In this document: positions 16,195-25,738 of the stretch, one piece after another | Layout of the letters: each line of letters starts with the position of its first letter | Numbering within the stretch: position 1 is the first letter of the stretch | NCBI RefSeq assembly: GCF_000007985.2 | Contig: NC_002939.5 | Coordinates: 1,830,001-1,862,000 of the forward strand | DNA: 32,000 bases | Reading direction: 5' to 3' | Origin: Geobacter sulfurreducens PCA | GTDB taxonomy: Bacteria > Desulfobacterota > Desulfuromonadia > Geobacterales > Geobacteraceae | Position numbers and translations under genes: made by a program | The notes under the pieces: generated by a model | What the model saw: only the letters and a program-made list of their open reading frames with translations | Told to the model about the DNA's origin: nothing | Databases searched by the model: none

Positions 16195-16224
16195 ATTATC
16201 CGAACCTTGGCGTTCCTCTGTCAA
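16195..16224 (-). promoter_or_regulatory. sigma70-type promoter for the HD-rtcB operon
   Basis: Minus strand reads TTGACA (16224-16219), an 18-nt spacer, then GATAAT (16200-16195), about 35 nt upstream of the ATG at 16160. Confidence 0.45.
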
Positions 16225-16268
16225 TCATGCATTTGCCCGGTGCAACCCCGCGTCAAAGGGCTAATTTC

Positions 16269-16298
16269 TTGACCTTTCAGGGATCATCGGTGTATTCT
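16269..16298 (+). promoter_or_regulatory. sigma70-type promoter for the dCMP deaminase-nrdR-rib-nusB operon
   Basis: TTGACC (16269-16274), an 18-nt spacer, then TATTCT (16293-16298), 28 nt upstream of the ATG at 16327. Confidence 0.35.
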
Positions 16299-16326
16299 GG
16301 CGCGTATTTCCCGCACTGGAGACCTC

Positions 16327-16791
16327 ATGACCCGACCCACCTGGGACGAATATTTTATGGAGATCACACACCTGGTGGCTAAACGCTCGACCTGTTTGCG
16401 ACGCCAGGTGGGAGCGGTCATCGTCAAGGACAAGAACATCCTTGCCACCGGTTACAACGGCGCACCTTCCGGCGTGGCCCACTGTCTCGACGTGGGATGC
16501 CTGAGAGAGAGACTCGGCATCCCGTCCGGCGAGCGACATGAACTCTGCCGCGGCCTCCACGCCGAGCAGAACGCCATCATCCAGGCGGCCAAGCACGGCA
16601 CCAATATCGACGGGGGCACCCTTTACTGCACTACCATGCCGTGCATCATCTGTTCGAAGATGCTCATCAATGCCGGCATCCGGCGCATCGTGTACGAAGA
16701 GGGATACTCGGATGACCTTGCCCGCGAGATGATCGGCGAATCCGGCGTAGCAGTGGAGCGTTTCTCGGACTTGAAAGGAAGAGCGTCATGA
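16327..16791 (+). CDS. dCMP (deoxycytidylate) deaminase
   Basis: Zinc-binding motifs HAEQNAI and PCIICSKM. The [12 protein letters not shown]-terminus is typical of the ComEB/dCMP deaminase family. Confidence 0.88.
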   Translation: MTRPTWDEYFMEITHLVAKRSTCLRRQVGAVIVKDKNILATGYNGAPSGVAHCLDVGCLRERLGIPSGERHELCRGLHAEQNAIIQAAKHGTNIDGGTLYCTTMPCIICSKMLINAGIRRIVYEEGYSDDLAREMIGESGVAVERFSDLKGRAS

Positions 16792-17240
16792 AATGTCCGT
16801 TCTGCGGTCAACTCGACAGCAAGGTGGTGGACTCGCGCCCCGATAAGGGTGGGGCGGCTATCCGCCGCCGGCGCGAATGCGAGTCGTGCGGCAAGCGGTT
16901 CACAACCCACGAACGGATCGAGGAAGTCTTGCCCCTGGTACTCAAGAAAGACGGACGCCGCGAGCCATTCGACCGGCTCAAGCTTATCGCAGGCATTCAG
17001 AAGGCCTGTGAAAAGCGACAGGTGTCCCGGGAAACCATCGAACGGCTCGTGGACCGGCTGGAGGCCCGCCTGCCGGAACTCGGAGAAAAGGAAGTGCCGA
17101 GTACCACCATCGGTGAATGGGTCATGACCGAGCTCCATGACATAGATGAGGTGGCGTACGTCCGCTTTGCTTCGGTCTATCGTTCCTTCAAGGATGTCAA
17201 CGAGTTTATGTCCGAGCTCCAGGATCTTCTCAAGAAGTAG
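16788..17240 (+). CDS. nrdR: transcriptional repressor NrdR
   Basis: MKCPFCG...[15 protein letters not shown] zinc ribbon followed by an ATP-cone. 4-nt ATGA overlap with the upstream gene. Confidence 0.93.
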   Translation: MKCPFCGQLDSKVVDSRPDKGGAAIRRRRECESCGKRFTTHERIEEVLPLVLKKDGRREPFDRLKLIAGIQKACEKRQVSRETIERLVDRLEARLPELGEKEVPSTTIGEWVMTELHDIDEVAYVRFASVYRSFKDVNEFMSELQDLLKK

Positions 17241-17259
17241 CAGTCTCACTCCCAATCCC

Positions 17260-18369
17260 ATGACATCTTTTCATGAAAACATGATGCGGCGTGCCCTTTC
17301 TCTCGCCCGGAAAGGCATTGGCAAGACATCCCCCAACCCTGTGGTAGGGTGTGTGATCGTGCGTGAGGGTGTCGTGGTCGGAGAGGGGTGGCACCGCAAG
17401 GCCGGCACCCCCCATGCGGAGGTCCACGCGTTGCGCGAAGCCGGCCCGCTGGCTCGCGGAGCTGATGTCTATGTGACGCTCGAACCATGCTCCCACTTCG
17501 GCCGCACCCCCCCGTGCGCAGATGCCCTGGTTGCTGCGGGAGTAGCACGTGTCTTCGTGGGCATGGTCGATCCGAACCCCACGGTCTGCGGCAAGGGGAT
17601 CACCCGCCTCGAAGCGGTAGGTATTCAGGTAATTACCGGCGTGTTGGGTAAGGAGTGTCGGCTGATCAATGAACCCTTTGTGAAGCACGTGTCAACAGGG
17701 CTTCCTTTTCTCACCCTCAAGAGCGCTCTTACCCTTGATGGGAAGACAGCTACTGCGCTTGGTGACTCACGCTGGATAACTAACGATAAATCAAGACGAT
17801 ATGTGCATCAGCTTCGAGCAGAGGTAGATGCCGTTATGGTGGGAGTCGGAACCCTGCTGGCCGATAACCCCGAACTAACCGTGCGCCACGTGAAGGGGAA
17901 AAATCCTCTCAGAATCATTGTGGACAGCAGCCTAAAGATACCAAATGAGTCGCGGGTGCTGGGAGACGACTTGGCCCGCGGCACCATCATCGCGACCACG
18001 TCGGATGATCAGGAGCGAATCGGGTTTCTGGAGACGCGGGGAGCGCAGGTCATCCGTTGCGCATCCGACAAAGGTCGCGTGGACCTGCGGGATCTCATGC
18101 AGCGCCTCGGCGCCAAGGGAATCCAGTCGATCCTGCTGGAGGGGGGGAGCGAACTGGCTGGTGCGGCTCTCCGTCAAGGACTGATCGACAAGTTCATTCT
18201 CTTTTACGCCCCCATAGTTCTGGGCGGTGCCGCCGGCATCGGGTTGTTCGGCGGAAAATCGGTGGAGCGCATGGGGCGGGCATTTCGCCTGGAAACGGCG
18301 CGGGTGCGGCGTTTCGGCGGCGACGTCATGATCGAGGCCTATCCGGAGGAAGCATGTTCACTGGATTGA
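17260..18369 (+). CDS. ribD: bifunctional diaminohydroxyphosphoribosylaminopyrimidine deaminase / 5-amino-6-(5-phosphoribosylamino)uracil reductase
   Basis: Deaminase motifs HAEVHAL and EPCSHFGRTPPC, followed by a C-terminal reductase domain. The ATG at 17260 gives 369 aa. Confidence 0.92.
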   Translation: MTSFHENMMRRALSLARKGIGKTSPNPVVGCVIVREGVVVGEGWHRKAGTPHAEVHALREAGPLARGADVYVTLEPCSHFGRTPPCADALVAAGVARVFVGMVDPNPTVCGKGITRLEAVGIQVITGVLGKECRLINEPFVKHVSTGLPFLTLKSALTLDGKTATALGDSRWITNDKSRRYVHQLRAEVDAVMVGVGTLLADNPELTVRHVKGKNPLRIIVDSSLKIPNESRVLGDDLARGTIIATTSDDQERIGFLETRGAQVIRCASDKGRVDLRDLMQRLGAKGIQSILLEGGSELAGAALRQGLIDKFILFYAPIVLGGAAGIGLFGGKSVERMGRAFRLETARVRRFGGDVMIEAYPEEACSLD

Positions 18370-19007
18370 TTGAAGACGTGGGTACCGCGCGGCGGTTGGA
18401 GCGCCGGGGAGAGGCGGCACGCCTTGCCGTGGCCACAGCGCTGCCGCTTGAGTCCGTGAATCTGGGCGACTCGGTCGCGGTCAATGGTGCCTGTCTCACG
18501 GTGGTAGCAAAAGGGGGGGGCGAACTCACCTTCGATGTTTCCCCCGAGTCATTGGAACGTACCACGATCGGCAGTCTGGCAACGGGAGCTCCGGTAAACC
18601 TGGAGCGGGCTCTCCGTCTTGGAGACCGTCTCGGCGGCCACCTGGTGACGGGTCATGTGGATTTGGTGGCAACGGTCGAGGGGCGTCGCGAGGTGTCCGG
18701 CAACATCCTGTTCACCTTCCGGATGGCTTCCGGATTCAGCCGTTACCTGGTGGCCAAGGGCTCGGTGGCCGTGGACGGTATCAGCCTGACGGTAAACAGG
18801 GTTGACGCCGACTCGTTTTCGGTCAATGTCATTCCCCATACCGCGGTGAAAACGACCCTGGAGCACCTTCGGCCGGGCGACCGGGTCAATATTGAGACGG
18901 ACATTCTCGGCAAATACATCGAACGACTCCTGGGAGGCGGTACGGAACCCTCAAAGGGGGACGGCGGGGTAACCCTTGAGCTTCTTGCAAAGAACGGATT
19001 TTTGTGA
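18354..19007 (+). CDS. ribE: riboflavin synthase (alpha chain)
   Basis: [11 protein letters not shown]-terminus. Two lumazine-binding repeats ([13 protein letters not shown] and [12 protein letters not shown]). 16-nt overlap with ribD. Confidence 0.92.
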   Translation: MFTGLIEDVGTARRLERRGEAARLAVATALPLESVNLGDSVAVNGACLTVVAKGGGELTFDVSPESLERTTIGSLATGAPVNLERALRLGDRLGGHLVTGHVDLVATVEGRREVSGNILFTFRMASGFSRYLVAKGSVAVDGISLTVNRVDADSFSVNVIPHTAVKTTLEHLRPGDRVNIETDILGKYIERLLGGGTEPSKGDGGVTLELLAKNGFL

Positions 19008-19046
19008 GATATGAAATGATTACCTATGTAAGGGACGGAGAGACCA

Positions 19047-20249
19047 ATGCCGGTTGCACGTATTGAGGAAGCAATTGAAGATATCCGCCAAGGCAAGATG
19101 GTGATTCTGGTGGACGATGAGGACCGTGAGAACGAAGGCGACCTGACCATGGCCGCGGAAATGGTGACCCCCGAGGCGATCAACTTCATGGCCCGGTTCG
19201 GGCGGGGGCTCATCTGTCTCACCATGACGACCGAACGGTGCGATCATCTCCAACTGCCACTCATGGTTTCGGCAAACACTTCCTCGTTCGGCACGGCCTT
19301 CACCGTATCCATCGAGGCAAAACGGGGGGTGACAACCGGCATCTCAGCGGCGGACCGGGCCCACACCATTCTGACCGCTGTTGCCGATGACGCAAAGGCA
19401 GATGACCTCGCCCGTCCGGGCCATGTGTTCCCGCTGCGGGCCAAGCCGGGCGGAGTGCTCGTTCGTGCCGGCCAAACCGAAGGCTCGGTCGATCTGGCTC
19501 GTCTTGCCGGACTCAAGCCCGCCGGCGTCATTTGTGAGATCATGAACGATGACGGCACCATGGCGCGAATGCCGCAACTCAAGGTTTTCGCCAAGGAGCA
19601 CGGAATCAGGATCTGCACCATCGCGGATCTGGTGGCCTATCGGCTCAAGCACGAGTCCCTGGTGAGGCGTGCGGCAGACGTGCTTCTGCCCACGGATTTC
19701 GGGGAATTCAGGGCCATTGCATTTGAGAACGACGTTGACCGACTGGAGCACTTGGCGCTGGTTAAGGGAGAGATCAGGGGGGATGAGCCGGTGCTCGTCC
19801 GGGTGCATTCCGAGTGCATGACCGGCGACGTTTTCGGCAGCCTGCGCTGCGACTGCGGCAGCCAGCTCCATCGGGCTATGGAAATGATCGAGGCCGAAGG
19901 GCGCGGGGTCATCCTCTACATGCGCCAGGAAGGGCGCGGTATCGGTCTGTTCAACAAGTTAAAAGCCTATGCCCTGCAGGACGAAGGGAAAGACACGGTG
20001 GAGGCGAACCTGGCCCTGGGCTTCAAGCCGGACCTGCGTGATTATGGCATCGGCGCCCAGATTCTCGTGAACCTGGGGGTGCGGAACATCAGGCTTCTGA
20101 CCAACAACCCCCGCAAACTGATCGGCCTCCAGGGTTACGGCATCAATATCGTGGAGCGAGTTCCCATCGAAATTCCGCCCACCACTACGAATCTCGACTA
20201 TCTCAAGGCCAAGCGCGAAAAGCTCGGCCATTTGCTGGAAAATATCTGA
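19047..20249 (+). CDS. ribBA: bifunctional 3,4-dihydroxy-2-butanone-4-phosphate synthase / GTP cyclohydrolase II
   Basis: DHBP synthase motif [16 protein letters not shown] zinc motif [26 protein letters not shown] upstream. Confidence 0.93.
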   Translation: MPVARIEEAIEDIRQGKMVILVDDEDRENEGDLTMAAEMVTPEAINFMARFGRGLICLTMTTERCDHLQLPLMVSANTSSFGTAFTVSIEAKRGVTTGISAADRAHTILTAVADDAKADDLARPGHVFPLRAKPGGVLVRAGQTEGSVDLARLAGLKPAGVICEIMNDDGTMARMPQLKVFAKEHGIRICTIADLVAYRLKHESLVRRAADVLLPTDFGEFRAIAFENDVDRLEHLALVKGEIRGDEPVLVRVHSECMTGDVFGSLRCDCGSQLHRAMEMIEAEGRGVILYMRQEGRGIGLFNKLKAYALQDEGKDTVEANLALGFKPDLRDYGIGAQILVNLGVRNIRLLTNNPRKLIGLQGYGINIVERVPIEIPPTTTNLDYLKAKREKLGHLLENI

Positions 20250-20259
20250 GGAGGATACC

Positions 20260-20727
20260 ATGCCCCGATTCATCGAAGGCAAGCTCGACGCTACCGGACT
20301 TCGATTCGGCATTATTGTGAGCCGCTTCAACAGCTTTATCGGAGAGCGGCTTCTTGAGGGTGCCCTGGACGCTCTGGTCCGCCACGGTGGCGATGATGGC
20401 GACATCGACGTCGTCAGGGTCCCTGGGGCCTTTGAAATTCCGCTTACGGCCCAGAAACTGGTCCAGAAGGGAAACTACGATGCCGTAATCTGCCTCGGTG
20501 CCGTGATTCGCGGCTCCACGCCTCACTTCGATTACGTGGCTGCCGAGGTTTCCAAGGGGATCGCGCATGTTTCCCTGGCCACCGGCGTGCCGGTCGTCTT
20601 TGGCGTGCTTACCACTGATACCATCGAGCAGGCAATCGAAAGGGCCGGAACCAAAGCTGGAAACAAGGGCTTCGATGCGGCAGTGACCGCCATCGAAACG
20701 GCGCGCCTCTACCGGGAGCTCCGCTAG
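20260..20727 (+). CDS. ribH: 6,7-dimethyl-8-ribityllumazine synthase
   Basis: 155 aa. [10 protein letters not shown]...VPGAFEIP...[14 protein letters not shown] is the family signature. SD GAGGAGGA. Confidence 0.93.
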   Translation: MPRFIEGKLDATGLRFGIIVSRFNSFIGERLLEGALDALVRHGGDDGDIDVVRVPGAFEIPLTAQKLVQKGNYDAVICLGAVIRGSTPHFDYVAAEVSKGIAHVSLATGVPVVFGVLTTDTIEQAIERAGTKAGNKGFDAAVTAIETARLYRELR

Positions 20728-21143
20728 TGGGCGCCCGCCGCCTCGGCAGGGAATTGGCCCTGCAGATGCTGTACTCAAGGGACTATGCTGCCGGCGAAGC
20801 TGCGCCGCTCCTTGAGCTCGTGCTGGACGAATCAGAGCCCGGAGCGGCGGCGGGGCGAAGCTTTGCCGACGACCTGGTCCGCGGAGTTCTGGAGCACCGC
20901 CAGGAGATCGATACTGCCATCACCGGCGCATCGAAAAACTGGTCCATCGGCCGCATGGCCCGGGTCGACCTGAGCATCCTGCGAATGGCCATGTATGAGT
21001 TGCTGTTCCGGTCCGATATTCCCAAGAACGTCACCATAAACGAAGCCATCGAGGTGGCAAAGAAATTCGGTACCGAGGACTCGCCGGCTTTTATCAACGG
21101 CATTCTGGACGAAATCGCTTCAACGCTCCCTGATAAGGGGTAG
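20727..21143 (+). CDS. nusB: transcription antitermination factor NusB
   Basis: GTG start overlaps the ribH stop (TAGTG). RELALQMLY...[12 protein letters not shown]...FINGILD is typical of NusB. Confidence 0.9.
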   Translation: MGARRLGRELALQMLYSRDYAAGEAAPLLELVLDESEPGAAAGRSFADDLVRGVLEHRQEIDTAITGASKNWSIGRMARVDLSILRMAMYELLFRSDIPKNVTINEAIEVAKKFGTEDSPAFINGILDEIASTLPDKG

Positions 21144-21182
21144 CGGCCTCACTAATCCCGACAGGCACCAGAACGAGGAATC

Positions 21183-22493
21183 ATGAAAGAGATCAAGATC
21201 GGACTCATCGGTTTCGGCACCATCGGCACGGGTGTCGCCAAGCTCCTCCAGGCCAACGCCGGCCTCATTGCCGACAAGGTCGGCGCTATGGTTACTCTTA
21301 AAAAAATTGCCGATCTGGACGTAACCACCGACAGGGGCATCGAGCTCCCTCCGGGAACGCTCACCAGCAATGTGGCCGACGTGCTCGATGATCCGGAGAT
21401 CAGCGTGGTGATTGAGCTGATCGGCGGGTATGAGCCGGCCAAGAGTTTCGTGCTGCGTGCCATCAACAACGGCAAGCACGTTGTTACCGCCAACAAGGCC
21501 CTGCTCGCCCTGCACGGGGAGGAGATCTACCCGGCGGCCGCTGCCAAGGGGGTTCAGGTACTTTTCGAGGCGGCGGTAGGCGGCGGCATCCCGGTCATCT
21601 CGGCCATACTGGGTAACATGGCGGCAAACAACTTCACCACGGTGCTCGGCATCCTCAACGGAACCTGCAACTATATCCTCACCCGCATGACTCAGGAAGG
21701 GGCCGATTTTGGCGATGTCCTCAAGACCGCCCAGGAACTGGGCTATGCCGAGGCGGATCCGACCTTCGACATCGAGGGGGTCGATACTGCCCACAAACTG
21801 GCGCTGCTGGTTTCCCTCTGTTTCGGGACAAAGGTTGATTTCAACGCCATCCACACCGAAGGGATCAGTTCCATCTCGTCAGCGGATATTGGTTTTGCCC
21901 GGGATTTCGGGTACAAGATCAAGCTGCTCGCCATTGGCAAGCGCACCGGCGATACCGTGGAAGCCCGTGTCCACCCGACCATGATCCCTGTCAACTACCC
22001 ACTTGCCGATGTGGACGGGGTTTTCAATGCCATCCGCTTCACCGGCGATTTTATCGGTCCAGTGATGTTCTATGGCCGCGGCGCCGGCATGGATCCCACC
22101 GCCAGTGCGGTAGTGGGCGATGTCATTGAAATCGCCCGGAATATCATTGCCGGCGTAAGCCGCCGGTGCGCGCCCCTCGGCTATCGGGACGAGGCAGTCA
22201 CGACGCTTGCCCTCAAGCCCATGGGTGAGATCGAGGGCAAGTACTATCTTCGCTTCAGTGCCGTCGACAAGCCCGGAGTGCTGGCAAAAATCTCGGGGGC
22301 CCTCGGCAAGTACGATATCAGCATTGAATCGATGATTCAGAAGGGGAGGAGCGCCGGTGAATCGGTGCCCATCGTGATCATGACCCATGAGGCCCGTGAA
22401 AAGGACATTCGCGCTGCTCTTGAGGAAATCGACACCTTCGAGCTCATCAGCGAGAAGAGCAGGTTCATCAGGATTGAGGACAACTTGGAATAA
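21183..22493 (+). CDS. hom: homoserine dehydrogenase with C-terminal ACT domain
   Basis: NAD-binding GLIGFGTIGTGV, the homoserine dehydrogenase core (LNGTCNYIL, AEADPTFDIEG), and a C-terminal ACT-like regulatory domain. Confidence 0.92.
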   Translation: MKEIKIGLIGFGTIGTGVAKLLQANAGLIADKVGAMVTLKKIADLDVTTDRGIELPPGTLTSNVADVLDDPEISVVIELIGGYEPAKSFVLRAINNGKHVVTANKALLALHGEEIYPAAAAKGVQVLFEAAVGGGIPVISAILGNMAANNFTTVLGILNGTCNYILTRMTQEGADFGDVLKTAQELGYAEADPTFDIEGVDTAHKLALLVSLCFGTKVDFNAIHTEGISSISSADIGFARDFGYKIKLLAIGKRTGDTVEARVHPTMIPVNYPLADVDGVFNAIRFTGDFIGPVMFYGRGAGMDPTASAVVGDVIEIARNIIAGVSRRCAPLGYRDEAVTTLALKPMGEIEGKYYLRFSAVDKPGVLAKISGALGKYDISIESMIQKGRSAGESVPIVIMTHEAREKDIRAALEEIDTFELISEKSRFIRIEDNLE

Positions 22494-22522
22494 AAACGTA
22501 ATGCCGGAAATTTGTGACAGAG

Positions 22523-22551
22523 AAAGGCAGCCGTTGCAGGCTGCCTTTTTT
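22523..22551. terminator. intrinsic terminator shared by convergent hom and the HAD gene
   Basis: Stem GGCAGCC (22526-22532) / GGCTGCC (22539-22545), 6-nt loop, T6 at 22546-22551 on the plus strand, and flanking A-run. Confidence 0.7.
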
Positions 22552-23225
22552 CATGTCTCGTCGGTATGGGCGGCTGGGATGAGTTGCGTAAAATAGTGAA
22601 TCGAGGCGTAGCGATCCGATGCTGTGGGTGTGACTGTTGAGCTGTAGCGACTCACATAGATGAGGTGGGCGATGCCGTACTCCTCGGCGGTGCCGAGGTT
22701 GGTTTCGCTGTCTTCCCCCAGCAGGGTTCGGGAAGGCTCATAGGGGACACGCTCCTGTAGTTTTTCCCAAAAACGCACGTCTTCCTTGGGAAGGCCCAGA
22801 TCATGAGCGGAAATGATGCCGGTGAAATAGGGCCCGAGCCGGGTTTTGCGCATCTTCAGTGAGAGGGTCTTGCCGTGAGCATTGGTCACGAGCCAGGCCT
22901 GTTTGCCGTGCCGGCGAAGAAAGACCAGGAACTCCACCACGCCGGGGTGGACCGCGATTAGGTGATCGATCTCCTGCTTCAGAACGGGGATGTCGAGCCC
23001 GAGTCGCTCCGACCAGTAATCCAGGTCGGTCCAGTTCAAGGTCCTCTCCTGGGAACGGAACAGAGCGTAGAGAAGTTTTTTCGCTTCGTCCAGGGGGATG
23101 CCGTTCTGGGCGGCATAGCGTTTGGGTACGTGTTCGAGCCAGAAGTGGTCGTCGAAATGGCGGTCGAGGAGCGTGCCGTCCATATCCAGGAGCACGGTAT
23201 CGATGCCGTTCCAGTCAAGTTTCAT
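22551..23225 (-). CDS. HAD-superfamily hydrolase (YrfG-like nucleotidase subfamily)
   Basis: Motif I is DMDGTLLD near the N-terminus. VTNA and a C-terminal acidic motif are present. 224 aa. Confidence 0.8.
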   Translation of the reverse strand: MKLDWNGIDTVLLDMDGTLLDRHFDDHFWLEHVPKRYAAQNGIPLDEAKKLLYALFRSQERTLNWTDLDYWSERLGLDIPVLKQEIDHLIAVHPGVVEFLVFLRRHGKQAWLVTNAHGKTLSLKMRKTRLGPYFTGIISAHDLGLPKEDVRFWEKLQERVPYEPSRTLLGEDSETNLGTAEEYGIAHLIYVSRYSSTVTPTASDRYASIHYFTQLIPAAHTDET

Positions 23226-23239
23226 GGCGGTTCGTAACG

Positions 23240-23261
23240 AAAAAGGCCCTTAGCGGGCCTT
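23240..23261 (-). terminator. terminator/attenuator-like hairpin with the thrC stop codon in its loop
   Basis: Minus strand reads AAGGCCC-GCTAA-GGGCCTT followed by TTT (T5 in total). The HAD gene ATG at 23225 follows 15 nt later and has no obvious SD. Confidence 0.35.
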
Positions 23262-24635
23262 CTCCTCGATGAAGGTCCTGATCTGCTCGATACGTGCGTC
23301 AAGCACCTCGCACCGGCTCGGCAGGTCTTCAATTCCCATGAGCGATGGAGGACGCGGCGGTTCGAACCCTACTGCGCGCACCACGGCATCGGCGAACTTC
23401 GCCGGGTGAGCAGTGGCAAGGCAGATGACCGGCGTGCCGTCGGTCACCAGTTGCCGGGCAGCCCGGACACCCACTGCCGTGTGGGGATCAAGGAGGTAGC
23501 CGGTTTCACGGTTGAAGGAGGCGATGGTGTCGACGGTCTCCTGCTGGTTAACCGAACAGGCAAGGAATTCGGTGCGCACGTGCTCCATTTCGGCATCGGA
23601 GAAGACGATCCGGCCCCGGGCGGGAAGCGTGGCGAATGCCTCGCGGACCCTGGCAGGGTCTTCTCCGAAGAGATAGTAGACATAGCGTTCGAAGTTTGAA
23701 GCCAGCTGGATGTCCATGGACGGCGACACAGTGGGCACCACGGCACTCAGCGAATAGTCTCCGTCATTGATGAAGCGGGCGAGAATGTTGTTTTCGTTGG
23801 TGGCCAGGAGCAGTCTGGCAATGGGCAGTCCCATTCGCTTGGCCACGTAGCCGGCAAAAATATCGCCGAAGTTGCCCGTGGGAACCGAGAAGACAACTTC
23901 GTCGCCAATGGTCTTTGCCACGCGGAAGTAAGAGAGGAAGTAATAGACCACCTGGGCCAGTACCCGGGCCCAGTTGATGGAGTTGACGGCGCCGAGAGCG
24001 TAGCGTTCCTTGAAGGGGAGGTCGTTGAACAGGCTCTTGACGATGTTCTGGCAATCGTCAAAGGTGCCGCGCACGGCAATGTTGTGCACGTTGGGATCGA
24101 GTACCGTGGTCATCTGTAGCGCCTGGACCGGCGAGGTTTTGCCGTGGGGATGGAGGATGAAGATGTTGATGTTCTCCTTCCCCCGCACGCCGTAAATGGC
24201 GGCACTTCCCGTGTCGCCGGACGTGGCGCCGACGATGTTCATCCGTTCGTTCCGCTCCTGCAGCAGATATTCGAAGAGGTTGCCCAGGAACTGAAGAGCC
24301 ACGTCCTTGAATGCAAGCGTGGGTCCGTGGAAGAGTTCGAGGATGTGGAGGCCGCCCCGCTCCACGACCGGCGTCACGTCGGGATGATCAAAGGTTGCAT
24401 AGGAGCGCTCAATGAGACTCCGCAGGTCATCGGCCGGGATGTCGTCGGCGTAGCGGGAGATGATCCGGAAGGCGAGTTCCTGGAACGGCAACGTCTTCCA
24501 TGCCGCGAGCGTGTCCCGGTCGATGGCCGGTATTGTTTCCGGCAGAAGAAGCCCCCCATCGGTGGCGAGCCCCATCATGACCGCGTCCTTGAAGCGAATG
24601 GGCTGAATGGTTCCTCTGGTGCTGATGTAGCGCAT
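23250..24635 (-). CDS. thrC: threonine synthase (long form)
   Basis: MRYISTRG N-terminus. The PLP-lysine motif is GPTLAFKD. 461 aa from the ATG at 24635; the ORF-track start at 24707 adds a non-conserved extension. Confidence 0.92.
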   Translation of the reverse strand: MRYISTRGTIQPIRFKDAVMMGLATDGGLLLPETIPAIDRDTLAAWKTLPFQELAFRIISRYADDIPADDLRSLIERSYATFDHPDVTPVVERGGLHILELFHGPTLAFKDVALQFLGNLFEYLLQERNERMNIVGATSGDTGSAAIYGVRGKENINIFILHPHGKTSPVQALQMTTVLDPNVHNIAVRGTFDDCQNIVKSLFNDLPFKERYALGAVNSINWARVLAQVVYYFLSYFRVAKTIGDEVVFSVPTGNFGDIFAGYVAKRMGLPIARLLLATNENNILARFINDGDYSLSAVVPTVSPSMDIQLASNFERYVYYLFGEDPARVREAFATLPARGRIVFSDAEMEHVRTEFLACSVNQQETVDTIASFNRETGYLLDPHTAVGVRAARQLVTDGTPVICLATAHPAKFADAVVRAVGFEPPRPPSLMGIEDLPSRCEVLDARIEQIRTFIEEKAR

Positions 24636-24796
24636 GACTGGTCCGTTCTTGAAAGGATTGCCGTACTCCAAGTACCTGAGGCCACGGCGATGGCATCTTA
24701 GCAGCAAACGCGTGAAAAGTGAAGCGGTCGCTCCCGCTGTTCCTGTGGTACTATTGAAGGCGATACTCGACCCACGTCTCCTGAAAGGCTCTGTTC

Positions 24797-25738
24797 ATGC
24801 ACCTCTTTAAACGCGCTGAAATGCTCAATGTCATCGACACGCTGGCCACCAATTACCTCAAGGGCAAGGTCCGCGCGGTCCGCCTGTCGGTAATTGCGCT
24901 CCTTTCCGGCGGCCACATCCTGCTGGAAGACATACCGGGCCTGGGCAAGACGACCCTGGCCCTCGCCCTGGCCCGGGCACTGGGGCTCTCCTTTGGCCGG
25001 GTTCAGTGCACGAGCGATCTTCTCCCCTCGGATATCACGGGTCTCTCCATCCTCAACCGGGACGAAAACCGCTTTACCTTCATGCCCGGTCCCATCTTCA
25101 ACAACGTGGTGCTGATGGACGAGATCAACCGCGCCATGCCCAAGACCCAGAGCGCGCTTCTGGAGGCCATGGAGGAGCGACGGGTTACGGTGGAGGGCAC
25201 CACCCATCCGCTGCCCGAGCCTTTCCTGGTCATTGCCACCCAGAACCCGGTGGAGCAGGTGGGAACCTATCCGCTCCCCGAATCGCAGCTGGACCGCTTC
25301 ATGGTCCGCAGCGGCATCGGCTACCCGCCCGAGGCCATCGAAAAGGCCATCATCAAGGGAGGGAGCATCCGCGACGGCATCCGCCACCTGGAGCCGCTTG
25401 TGACGGTCAACGACATCATCGAGGCCCAACGAACGGTCCGCGAATCCATCTACCTGTCCGATAAGGTGGTTGATTACATCCATGCCATCGTCGCGGCCAC
25501 CCGCAGTCACCGTGCCGTGACGTCGGGCGTTTCCACCAGGGGCGCCATTTCCATGGCCGAAACCGCCAAGGCCCACGCCTATCTGGAGGGGCGCGACTAC
25601 GTCATTCCCGAGGATGTGAAGGCGATTGCGGCGCCGGTTGGTGCACACCGACTGATCCTCGGTTTTGACAACGAGAACCTGGACAAGGGGGAGCTATTAC
25701 ACGCCATTCTCGCCACCATACCCGTTCCGCTGGCCTGA
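24797..25738 (+). CDS. MoxR-family AAA+ ATPase
   Basis: GHILLEDIPGLGKTT (Walker A), VLMDEINRA (Walker B), ATQNP, and a C-terminal lid. 313 aa. Confidence 0.9.
   Translation: MHLFKRAEMLNVIDTLATNYLKGKVRAVRLSVIALLSGGHILLEDIPGLGKTTLALALARALGLSFGRVQCTSDLLPSDITGLSILNRDENRFTFMPGPIFNNVVLMDEINRAMPKTQSALLEAMEERRVTVEGTTHPLPEPFLVIATQNPVEQVGTYPLPESQLDRFMVRSGIGYPPEAIEKAIIKGGSIRDGIRHLEPLVTVNDIIEAQRTVRESIYLSDKVVDYIHAIVAATRSHRAVTSGVSTRGAISMAETAKAHAYLEGRDYVIPEDVKAIAAPVGAHRLILGFDNENLDKGELLHAILATIPVPLA

Noticed and set aside
16161-16326. Search for an RtcR/sigma54 promoter upstream of HD-rtcB and for an FMN riboswitch upstream of the rib operon (also 19008-19046)
   Set aside because: The nearest -24/-12 look-alike (TTGCAC...ATGCA) has a broken GG and wrong spacing. 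No RFN-element conserved core was seen. The leaders are only about 30-40 nt, too short for a riboswitch.
16623-17261. 212-aa minus-strand ORF opposite nrdR
   Set aside because: The NrdR zinc ribbon and ATP-cone are clear on the plus strand, so this is an antisense artefact.
24698-25648. 316-aa minus-strand ORF opposite the MoxR gene
   Set aside because: MoxR Walker A/B motifs are unambiguous on the plus strand. The minus translation is Gly/Arg/Asp-rich with no recognisable domain.
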